Of a DNA stretch of 64,000 nt, positions 1 through 12,400 are shown in pieces. Below the pieces are notes generated by a model, which worked only from the letters and a program-made list of their open reading frames with translations, was not told the DNA's origin and made no database searches. The stretch is from Styela clava (taxonomy: Eukaryota), in NCBI RefSeq assembly GCF_964204865.1, contig NC_135251.1, forward strand, positions 10,416,001 through 10,480,000, in the 5' to 3' direction. Both the position numbers and the translations under genes were made by a program. Each line of letters begins with the position of its first letter. Positions within the stretch are counted from its first letter, which is position 1.

Positions 1-454
1 CTAGTTTTTCTAGTTTGCTTTGCTAATTATATTGGCTGTTTTAATTGAATCATTATAAATATTAGATTTTATTTTTCTGAATAATCGAACACTTTACTAC
101 CACGTTCATCTGGTTATAACGAAAGTTTGGAAGAGTTACGCAGAACTTAGATGTACTGGCCAGGGGCGTACCCAAGGGGTGGGGTCGGAACTTTCTCTAT
201 TTTAAAGTCATAGCACACAAAAAACGAATCACAGAAAAATTTGAAATAAATAAAAGTAATAGTCTTCTAGAAATAATTCCATCTTCAATCATAGAAAATT
301 TCGAAGCAAACGGTCCAGTAATTAAAGAGAGAAACAAACTTTTCATAACTATAAGAAGAAGAAATTTGTAATGAAAAACAACAACATAACAACCAAACGA
401 TCGATAGGTCCATTTCGTGTCCAATAATCAAGATTTTAAACATTCATAAATTAC

Positions 455-3400
455 CTGTCAGCTTGATCGTTGAGTCTCGATTCTTCTCTGTCATTACTTT
501 CATTATAAATTCTAGTGCTTGTTCCGTCTAGATCACCAGGACTGACGTCTATACCAAGGTTACGGAGAAACTGTGCGAACATTATTCGACCTTTTGATGT
601 CTCGTCACAGCAGGTCCACAGCCTGAAATAAGTAGTTGCATAGTACACTCTATAGTTGCATAGTACACTCTATTTTCTTCTATTGAACGGTTAGCGCATT
701 GTGTTGTTGAGTAAGAAAAAATTGAGCCGCGGATGACACCGCGTCGAATCTCAAATTCAAATCGTTGGGTATTAATCATGTAAAGAAGATTGCTGGACTC
801 CTTGTTGTCCTAGCTCGTAGGTAGTTCACGTGACCACGTATGGTCGGTTACGGGTACGGTTTCTCCCTCCTCAAAATCCATGCGTACCGATTAATTAAAT
901 GGTCTGATAATAGAACAATAGGTCGTGAATGAAAGGAAATCGAACTGAGAACACGGTGTGGCAACAACGCGTATTTAAATCTCCAAGCACCCTCTTTTAT
1001 ATATTATATACCATTCAACCGATACCCACTTTTCGAAATGTTCATCAGAAACTGGCAATGCGTATCTTTCCATCAATCTACGTAAATGTGATCTGGATAT
1101 AGTTCCATCTCCCTCGTGATCAAGTGCGACGTATTCATCCGCAACCTAGAAAAATCAAAACGTATTCTTTATTAAAATCGACAAAAAATCGTGAATGGTA
1201 GCTACTCTAGCCTGGCAATCAATCACGAGTTTAATACTATGTTTCAATCAGCCAACTTCAACTTTGTTCTAAGTAATACCAGCAAGATAAAAGTTATTTT
1301 GTGACGTTTCGGCTGACCAAACAGAGGTTGAAAACTAATCGGCGCTCCAGAAGTATGTGTACCAATATAGGGGTAACTAATTTTGTTCACCTACTTTACA
1401 TCAAGTTGTGTAGAGGAACGGAAGCCTTTGGGCAGAGGGTATATTCACTTGAATAACACAGAGTACAGACAGTCCCCGAACTCGTAATAGAAATAAAATA
1501 AGGAATATCGGAATAAAATTATGGCCTAACCCTAACCTAGTTTTCGCTTTGCGTAAATTTGGAATGGGGATGTTATTCATGGACCCAGCCGAGATTTAAC
1601 TGGTCACACTCACAGAGGGCTTTCGGAATGCCATATACAGGGTGATTGAAAGGTAACTCCCTATTTTAAAAAAACTATAGTTTATTTTTAAAATATAATT
1701 TCTACAATTAATGAATATGAGAAGGAAGTATAATGCATGGGCTTATTGAAAAGTAACTCCCTATTTTAAAAAAACTATAGTTTATTTTTAAAATATAATT
1801 TCTACAATTAATGAATATGAGAAGGAAGTATAATGCATGGGCTTTTATTTAAAATTCAATATGGGCGCCTTTATTTGCCACCAGCTTCTCAAGTCGACCA
1901 GGAATCGCATCAACTGATTTCGCAAGAAACTCTTGCGGGATGGAAGTCATAACTTCACGTATTCGCCCCTCAAGTTCTTCCAAATTTCTTGGTTTGGTTG
2001 AGTAGACTTCCTCTTTCAGCCAACCCCAGAGAAAAAAGTCGCAGGGTGTTAAGTCAGGACTTCTGGCAGGCCATTCGTGCGAACCGCGACGACCCATCCA
2101 TCTTCCAGGAAATTGAGCATTTAGCCATTCACGAACAACAATAGCAAAGTGTGGAGGAGCTCCATCTTGCATGAAAATCAAATCTTCAATATTTTCCCAA
2201 GCACTGATAATTGGCCAAATTTCATCTTTCAACATAGCGAGGTACCTTTCGGCATTCATGGTATCGCGAAGAATGAAGGGACCCACAATCCTATCAAAAG
2301 TAATTCCACACCATACCGTTACATTGGATCGATTTTGCATTTTTTCACAGGTAACACGAGGTTCTTCTTCCGCCCAGTAGTGGCAGTTATGACAGTTCAC
2401 AAATCCACCTATGTGGAATACAGCTTCATCACTCCATAGAATATTTTTAAAAAGGTTGGGCCAATCTCTAAACCAAGCCAACATTATTTCACCAAACTCC
2501 ATACGAATGTCAAAGTCTTCTGCAGAGAGTGCTTGACAGTAATGCGGCTTCCAAGCACGCCATTTAAGCTCGTTTTTTAGCACATTACGTATACACAATG
2601 AAAGGAGAGCCCACTTTCTCTTGTTGCTTGACGAATTGACTTATGTGGGCTACGGGTAAACATTTCTTTAACAACTTGCACTACCTCAGGATCTCTGGAT
2701 TTGGAAGGACGACCGCTTCTTTGAGTATCAGCCACAGATCCTGTGGTCATAAGTTTTTTATGACAATTCTTGATCGTCTTCGGGTCAATTTGGGCATGTT
2801 TTCCCTTAATAGTTCTCCACCATCTTTGCACTTGAACAATGCATCCCCAAACTTCATAACGCGCGGCTATCTGGGCACGTTCCTGTAGAGTAAGACGTCC
2901 AGCCATTTTTGTAGGGTTTTGAAATAAAATAAATTTGAAAAGATTGAAATTGAACAATATTTAAACAAATCTGAAAGGAAAACAAGAACATAAATTAAAT
3001 TGCCATATATTAAGTAATATATACACATAAATTTAGAAACATGAAACATGATATAGCATTTGAATAAATTGTATTTATTTTAAAATAGGGAGTTACTTTT
3101 CAATCACCCTGCCGCAGGTTATGGCTAGGGATGGATATGTGGTCACATCCATCATATAAATGTTTGAAGCTATTGATATGCCAGTGAATTTTGGGGGCAG
3201 GTACTGCAGACAATAACACGAAAGTGTAGTATTTATGTCTCAAAGCCGTGAATATATCAACTTAAAAATCAGAAAATCTGATTTGACTGTTTAGTGTTTC
3301 TACCTGTCTCCAGTTTTCCGATATCTTTTCAGTTAAGATATCCTCAACCGTCTTCCATGCCATGATAGCTGGTGGTTGATTTTGATTGAATCGGTGGGTG

Positions 3401-6400
3401 GAAAACAACCATTTGTGAGCAGAAACCTTCTCTTGGGGTTCGAATAGATGAAGAAAGCTGAAAAAAATAATACTGTGTTAGGATTTGGGCGTCAAAATTC
3501 ATTTCAAAGATGAACTGAAATTAGTTCCATTCAAGAATGGGTGCTCCCGAAGTATGCGAACCAAGATGGCGGACATCGGAACGTAACATGGGTAACAGGT
3601 TAGGGTTAGGCGATAATTTTTTTCCAATTTTCCTTATTTTAGTCCTATTATCAGTTCGAAGACTAGCCAAGAGCCTCCCGTAGTATTTATACCTAAAATT
3701 ATGGCCTAACCCTAACCTAGTACACATATTACATTCCAATGTCCACCATCTTGATTCGCATACTTCGGGAGCCCCCAAGAATGTTTATTTAGCCCCTTCT
3801 TACCAGTACGGTGAGGCTATGGAAATAGTTGACCACTTTATCTTGTTACATTTGATTTGATTGATTGATTTGATGACAGGATGCTTAAAAGGCCAGTGCA
3901 TGCGCAACCCAACAAGCAGAAACAAGCTCAGTGATTTTTTTCGCACACAATTATATTACATCCCTGAACTAGCCCGGCATTGTATCTAGCGGTGCGATCG
4001 CCAACCATCGCTCTTAGTTTGTTTTCAGTTAAAACTGTTCTTCAGACTGTTATAATGCATGCATCTATATATGAGCTGATTACCAGTTAGTTATTATTTA
4101 TATTGCGTAGAATCTTCAGTATAAAAGTGGATTCATTGATAAATGCAGCATAGTCCGCAATAAGCTTTGTTAGTTAACACCGCTCTTCGCGAATCGTAGA
4201 ACTTGATTTCAACGTCCTCTGCAGCTTTTAGTAGATTGGTAGCCGATTCGTTTGGCTTTTTAGAATTCTTCCTATATTTAATTAGGACATCAAAGAATCT
4301 AAATTCAACTAAAAACAAGCTGAATCTTGAAAATTTGCCAATTTGACCTGGAATTTACACAAATGAGGTTTTACAAATTCTATAGGCCCGGCTTTGTCCT
4401 ATGATAAAGCCATCTGTCCCAATTTCTATTACCGAGTTCTAAATACAAGAACAACATCTTACTCGTGGTAGTTGATAAATCCAGTATGTTGAGGATCAAG
4501 TTGAATGAACAATTCTTTGACATTTTCTTCCGACAGTTTGATTGTGAAACTTTCGACTATTCGACGAAGATCTTTTCTCGTGATGACGCCTTTGCGTTTC
4601 TAAAAATATAATAGAATCAGTTACCAAATATGAATAAAGTATACTAACCAATCACGTAGTTAATAAAAACGTTTTTTTTAAGCTATATACTGCAATGGGA
4701 CTTATAGAATTCCAAAAAAATGTTAAGGTTTTTAGGAGTAGGCAGAATGTTTTACGTTTGACGCGGCGTTCTTTTATACAGTTGACCATTATCACATAAA
4801 CTGGTAATACCGTGGTATGTGTACCAGGTTAGGGTTAGGCCATAATTATATTCCGATTTCCTTATTTTAGTTCTATTACGAGTTCGTGTACTGTCTGTGT
4901 TAGTCAAGTGAATAAACCCCCTGCACATAGGTTTCAATCCCCTTTACACAACGTAAAATAGGCGAACAAAATTAGTTACCTATTGGTACACACACTTATG
5001 GAGCGCCCATAATGAAAGCATAACTTGGCGAATACGTAAATTTCGTGTCGTAGCCAAGCGGAAAATTACCGTAATCAAATATTGAAACTTCCCAATAGCC
5101 GTATGATAACCCAACAACGTAAATTGAATATAAATGCCACATATTCACTAAGGTAAATACGAATAGAGCAATAAATCAATATCCATTATATAATGTGTCA
5201 ATTTTCTGTTTGTAGTGGTTGAATCTACTGATTTATTGAGGAGATAACAATATAATGTTTGGTATGGTTGAGAGTAAGTTTCAACAGAAGAAAATGTACA
5301 ATTAATATAAATGCCGCCAATGACGAGGCTATTTAACCCTTGACAAAATAGGCGCCTATTCGTTTTCAGAACCAGTTCCGTCGAAAACAATATAAATCCG
5401 GATTGTATCAGCGTCTTTATAGCCAAAATTTTTAGGAAAAAAACGTCGCTTCTCAACGAAGCTTCATTATAAGGCAAAATAAATTTGGAAAAAGACTTTG
5501 ACATTTGGACTTTAGCATTTGTATTTGGAAGCACGCGTGCACACCGCAATCATGACACGAATAAACCTTGACCTGTGATCTTTTAAGGTAGTCGCCAGGG
5601 GTTACATCAATCGTTTTATAATATCACACTTTTCAGTGGAAATTTGTGTGTAAAGTCATAATCGCAAAAGGATTCCATTTTGTCTCAGACTTAATTGGTT
5701 AAAGCTCGCGATTAAACTGAAAATAAGCTAAACAGAAAGTATAGTATAAAACTATTCAAAGATAAACAATATGCCACAAATACGTATTGATGAAAAGAAT
5801 AGCATGCGAAAAATACACAAAAACTATTGCTCAGACCTATATCTTTAAAAAAAACGAGCAAAAATCCTTTGCAGTGAACTCACTTCATCAAACTTGAGAA
5901 AAGCCTGCTTGAGTGTCGTGTAGTTGGTCAAAACATGTTTCTTCAATTTTTCTAAAATCTCTGGAGTTGAAGAAACTTCCATCGCTTCACGAACTGGGTT
6001 GACCTAAAATAAATTGCTTGATTTTAATTTTGAAATTCGGATTCGGATTTTTAAAACCAAAAAACGACAAACTCTGATAAGCAATGTTAATGTCATATTT
6101 GTAGGATAAGACGTCGTAATCCTTCGAAGATAGAAACAATAATATAATTGTCCTGTCATGAACCACGTCGTCGATTAATTCCGGGTCGGTTTTGGAAATA
6201 CTCCACTTGGAAGACTATTATTCCAGATGCATGTTGCTACCAATAAAAAGAGGCATACTGCCACTTCGACTTTTATGAAAGAAGATCGCGATCTCTTCCA
6301 AAAAAGCAGCAAATTACTGAAAAATTCTTACTTTACCTTGTGGTTATTGCCGATCGGAATCGTTTGTCCGTTGCCAGATGACTGCGGATCTTGAAACTTT

Positions 6401-9400
6401 TGTAGAAATTGTTCCCAAGACACTTTCCCGGTACCACGGACTTCAAACCTGAATAAAAAAGAAAGGTTATGGGCGAGATTGTCTTGGCTATAATATTAGA
6501 TAAATGGGGTTTTAAAGAAACACACGCCGTAAGTGCTTAAATGCCGCAAAACAAAAATGTGACGTGAAGATACTACCCAAATTTTCATTTTTTTTTCATA
6601 TAAAAGTCAGTCTCGCGTGGAACGCAATACCTTAACATGGGACATACCGGCTTAATTGAAAATTTAATGGGTTCGATTTAACTAAACGAGTCTGTCAAGT
6701 ATTTTTTACTTGCCAGACAGTTTTTTTATAATTTCGTTCGTCTGAACAAAGAAGAAGAAGTAGTCAGTCCCTGAGACACCTAATTGATAGTGTAATGAAT
6801 GAGTTTGAAAATTAGCACTCAGTTTTTCTAAAGCTTTCACAGTGCCTGCTATAATACATGCGCACACATACCTGTGCATGAGTTGTTGGAATACGTCTTC
6901 AGATACAGGTAGAACAAAATTATCAATCACAGCTTTCAATTCATCGATAGAAATAAAACCATCTTGTGACGAATCGAAGGCCATCAGCACACGTTTGATG
7001 TTATCGTGATTTTGCCGCATCTGAAAATTGTGAATTTGTATAATTATACCAAGTGGTTATTGAGAGAGAAATACCAATAATAAGAGGAATGGGTCAAAGA
7101 ATTTTGATAACGTAAATAAATAAAGTTGTACTTGATTAGCAATACATATCTAACAAGAGAGCTATGCTCAACACGTAGAGCCACATAATTTTGATCACGT
7201 CATAGCAACAAAAAAAGTAATACCGTTCTGGAGAAAAATTTTATCTTTAACCACTGAAAATTTCAAAGCAACTGGTCCAGTAATTAAAGAGAAAAGCGAT
7301 TTCTTCAAAACGTGTCAAAGAACAACAAGAGAGCTACGCCCAAATATATGGACACGTCTGTTCGCAGTACAGTACGGTTTACCGTACCGTCAGATCACAG
7401 TCTACAAATATATTCACACCAAGCGAAGCAGTACAGTAGGACACAAAATGGCGTCCGATGTCCACATAACGTTTAATGACGTCATAGCAAACAAAAACAA
7501 ATCTCACAGAACTAACAGAAATATTTAAAATGAATGAAAGTAATAGCCTTCTGGGGAAAAATTTTATCTTCAACCACTGAAAATTTCAAAGCAAATTGGT
7601 CCAGTATTCGAAGAGAAAAGCGACTTTTTAAAAACGTGTCAAAGAACAAGGACACTAAGAACAACAATAATAAGAACAACAACAACATAATATTGAAACG
7701 ATCGCTATGTCCACTACGTGTCCAAAAAATTGAATTGAACCTACTGTCTATTTGGCGCCTTGTAAACCGCTATACGAGGAGGAGATTCAAAAGACGTTGG
7801 CGCTATATGTTTATCCTTACTTTCTAGCCACTGTGTGTATGGAAGCCCAATAGTTCTAAACAAACGAGGCCATTCAAATGCCGATCGAAATCATATATTC
7901 ACCACTATTCCAAACTATTTGACTGTGTTGCATCGCGTTATCTGTGCAACTGTCTTAGTGGTTCGAAGCGCTAAACGCCGCTAGTAATACCAAGTGGGTT
8001 TGTATTTTTAAATCGGACCTCCCGAAGTATGCGCACCAAGATGGCGCACAACCTGAACTCAGTTTGAGTACCAGGTTAGGGTTCAAGTTGTGCGACATCA
8101 TGGTGCGCATACTTCGGGAGTACCTTTAAATTCCTCAAAAACTCATTGTCAAAGGGTATATGGCTCGTGTGTCATCTATATTCTATATCATCAATAAAGC
8201 TTCAAAAACCGATGCACTTTGAACATTAATCAGGTCAATCAGCCATTCCAATAGCTGACTTGGATTGGTAACAAGATCCGTCTGAACATTGAGCTTTCGA
8301 AATTAGAGTATCATACATATGAGGATTTACTACAACAATGTGTCTGCGTACTTTTCTAAGAAAAACCTCCCCTATATATAGGGAATAGGTGATATGCAAT
8401 AACAGTTCTTTATATACGGGAATCCTTACCTTGACACGAAATTCTTTTTCCACTTGTACGAATGACATATCTCGTAGTTTCTTGCTTTTATGCTTCGTCC
8501 GAGATTCATCTTTCTTCAATATAAGATCAGTCACAGCTTTCTCCCTCTCCAATCGCTTTTTCTTCGCATCCCATGGTGCTGGAAAAAGTAAGAAAAATGT
8601 GAAATAAAGATAACCAAAGACACAAATAGTGCATCAGGATATTCGCAGTTCTAAATTTGTCAAGTGAAGTTGGACATATTTATCCCTAGCTAGACTTGAA
8701 ACTCACACCTTATATATGTGTTAGAATATTTTAGATCACATACATAATAATGAACTCGGCGTGAAAATTGCTGAAGGCCAGTATTTTTGCGCCACAACGT
8801 CAACCTCAAAAAGTTGTAACTTTGTCGACAACATAAATTCAATTAGGCATCGTTGCCGTTGATATTTTTCAATAAATGATCACAATATTTTTCGCGGATA
8901 TTGATCAGTTTATTGAAAATAGGCGTTTATGACTTACAGATATGTCTTCAAGGCTTAAACAATAATGGATAATTGCCAATTTACCGTTATCGTCTTCCAC
9001 TGCTTGAAGATGTTTATCAGCTGCAGCAGCATTTACGCCGAGTCTTCGTAAAAATTCTCGATAATTGATTGTTCCAACGTGATGGTAGTCGTATCTGGAC
9101 CAGAACCTATGACGACAAAATTGAAGCACATGGTGTGACAACATGTTAAACTTCTAATTGTTATGCAAACTTAGGATTTCACTAGCTCAATATGTATCCT
9201 TCCTCTTGCCAAACAGGGTGTTAAAAACGTAACGCAAAATTAACAGCTTAAGATGAAATGTTACTTGAAACATTTAACGACTGACATCTTTTTAACAGTA
9301 TTGAATTACTGTGAAATGCCTTTTAAACATTTCACGACTGACGCTTTATAACAGTTTATTTTTTTAACGATGACATGACGAAATATTTTACCTTAATTTG

Positions 9401-12400
9401 CGTAACTTTTTCAACACCCTGTATATGTTTTTTAGAATCTCTAAATGCAGATTTGGTGACTGTCGTTTGGCGTCATATCAAAGTCCTAACGGCCCCAACA
9501 TTCATTTGGATCCCTATAATGTATATCCGGCAAAAATACCTTTCTAAGGTAACAATATTGAGGACAAAATATAAATCCATGGAGATTTTTTTGAGAAAAT
9601 TTTCTCAACCCAAGATACGCGCACTGAAGTAAAGTATGTGAGACACACATGTTGTCAAAGTCAGGTCAGCAATTGTGGTTTGACGTGGGACTCGAGGTAG
9701 TCTTTTTTATATATACGATGCTGCCACAACTAAACTAAAACCAAATTTTGATGTTTTAGCTAATAGCTCAAGGAATTTGATGAGATTGCGATTAACTTTA
9801 ATTTTGACCTATGAGACCTATTGTTTTGAACCTTTGCCTTTGTAACACTGTAAATATTGTTGCAAAAATGTAACTTTTTACGTCACACATACATGGCCCG
9901 TCAGTCTAGGTGGGTACAATTTTGGCTTCTGGTCCAAAAAACCCGCCCACCTCTGCTCATAAGAAACATACATTCAATAAAAGAATCGTACTTGTCGAAT
10001 TGAGCATCAGTAAATCTGAAGCAATAATTTTCGAGCACTCGTCGTAATTCGTGCCGTTGAATCAGACCGTCTCTGTTATAATCGAATAACTGGAACCCTT
10101 TGACGATATTTCGAAGATTTCCTGCGATTTTTTGTTGAAGATTTCGTTCCAAAGTGTCAATGCCTAGAAAAAAATTATTTAATTTGTAATTAACATATAG
10201 AAAGTTTTGTTAACAAACTAGTGGAAATGACACTACGTTAATGGCAGTTGAAAATTGAATTTTTTTTATAAACCTTTTTTAATATTGAATATTTATTATG
10301 TTATAAAAACGGCTTTGGTTGGAATTAGTTGCTACTTTCATTCACACTACAAGGATAGTCTGAATGCCAAGATACTCAGTCGGTGGAAAAGAAAGTCGAT
10401 ACACAGATTGGTCAGAGATTCGAAGTTCGTGAAATTCGAACACACTTAATATTCGAGAAGTTAAATCAGAATTAGGTATGATTTTGCACCCTGCATGCAT
10501 AAATTACAATTCTTCCAAAGTATGAATATCTCAAATTAGCAGTCCAATAACGACACCATAGAAATCTGGCAACAATAAGACCAACTTACCAATATCTTGT
10601 GGGGGTTTGGTGAAAACAAATCTATGTAAATTCTGATTTTGCTCTTTTGCATCCGCCGTCCCTGTCCCGATGACAGTATGTTGTTTGGGTCCCAAAGCTG
10701 GGGCGGATCGGACCCCCACTTCTCCTGTCGCAGAACTCGGCCGCACAACGAGGCTTGCTCCTGCTGTACCTGCTCTACCGTGAGGTGATCCAGGCACTCG
10801 AGAATGCGAAAAGTGGTGAGAAAATACCAGAAATTGTTCCAGAAATTTGGTGTAATTGATTGTGCCGTTTGGGTTCGTTCCGACCTGAAAAATATGTTGT
10901 TACTATGATGATTATTTGTGTATTGCTTTATTCTTAAATACCGTTTAGTAAAATGCAATATTGCCAAATAGGACCAGGGTCGCAAATTGCGGTATATAAT
11001 GAATGAAATGGAACTAGCTTTCGAACTTTTATATATACCAAAATTGTGGCGCATTGTATATATTTGAAATTCCGGGAACTTGACTGGGATAGGGGGGCTC
11101 CCGAAGTATGCGAACCAAGATGGCGGACATCGGAATGTAATATGTGTACTAGGTTAGGGTTAGGCCATAATTTTAGGTATAAATACTACGGGAGGCTCTT
11201 GGCTAGTCTTCGAACTGATAATAGGACTAAAATAAGGAAAATTGGAAAAAAATTATGGCCTAACCCTAACCTGTTACCCATGTTACGTTCCGATGTCCGC
11301 CATCTTGGTTCGCATACTTCGGGAGCACCGGGATAGGTATATATAAGATATAGGTATATACGCAATTAAACTATACATCTGATTACATTTTCTATAAGCC
11401 CATTTAATCTCGAATGAGTTTATTACAGATTTTGCAATTTGAAATATGATATGAAATATGAAGCCGCATGAAAAAGCGGAGACAGAAGTCAAATTACCAC
11501 ATTGTAGCGCAATTTCGTGTATAACAACAAAATAGGAAAAACCTGGATCAAAAAAAATTTAATTTTTTGAAAGACACTTTCATATTTCAATTACTGTAGC
11601 TTTGAAAACGATTAGTCCAGCAGTTGGAAAAAAAAATTCATACAACAACACTGATGAAGCAAAACGACGTATTGGTCTATCTTCTGTCCAATAACTATGT
11701 ACATTACCTTGATAAGCAATGAATTGAATTGTTCTGTAGTCAGAGGAAGGCAGTGATGTTCCAGAATTCTTCGAAATTCTCCCGGTGTGACAGTGAGTGT
11801 TCGTTCCGTATCGTAAGTTTGAAACGCTCGCTTCATCACTCCTGCCTTGTCACAGACTTTCTGTGAAGAAAAATAGTACAATTTAGGTTTCGTAAAATAA
11901 CATATATTACCACTAACAAGTATGAAATTGTAAAATCAGTTACATGTTTGTATTATAACTTAAACCATCTCTAGTCGAGGGCATGTTTTATTTCAATTAC
12001 GTCCAGGGACCTAATCTTCTGTTTTACATAGAGGTCCGAAAAAAGTATCTAAAATTAAATTCTACAGTAGATGAACTTTTTTATTTTTTTAAATTGGATC
12101 AAATCAATTCACGCGCACTCACTCAGGAGTACGTTCGACTGATCTCCGGGCCTGGTTACTGGCAACTGCCGGAGTGTCAGGATCTACCGGAAGTAGATAA
12201 AAAAGAGCATTACGCATCAGCAAATACCGACTAACGCGAAAAGTGAAACAGCCATATAACTAACTTCAGACATCTTGCTGAGCCACACAAAAAATTAGAT
12301 TTTCCATGTACACAATTAATTAAAAAAATTGTCATAGTGCAAGATTTAAATCAACGACAAGAGTAAAAAATATGTATTTCTACCCATGTGAGCGTATTCT

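Larger units (their letters stand above)
1638..3111 (-). mobile_element. Tc1/mariner superfamily DNA transposon, DD41D (rosa/Visitor-type), in an EFCAB6-like intron
   Basis: ~34-bp TIRs: CAGGGTGATTGAAAGGTAACTCCCTATTTTAAAA from 1638 and its reverse complement ending at 3111 (1 mismatch). TA on the left flank only. Encloses a transposase. Confidence 0.93.

Noticed and set aside
3597-3718. TTAGGG/CCCTAA motifs as interstitial telomere
   Set aside because: Only about two units, always inside MITEs.
11046-11336. Recurring ORF '[12 protein letters not shown]…LGSHTSGAP' (also 3521-3778, 32895-33130, 23991-24245)
   Set aside because: It is the translation of the palindromic MITE family A/B, defined by TIRs and TSDs; not a protein family.
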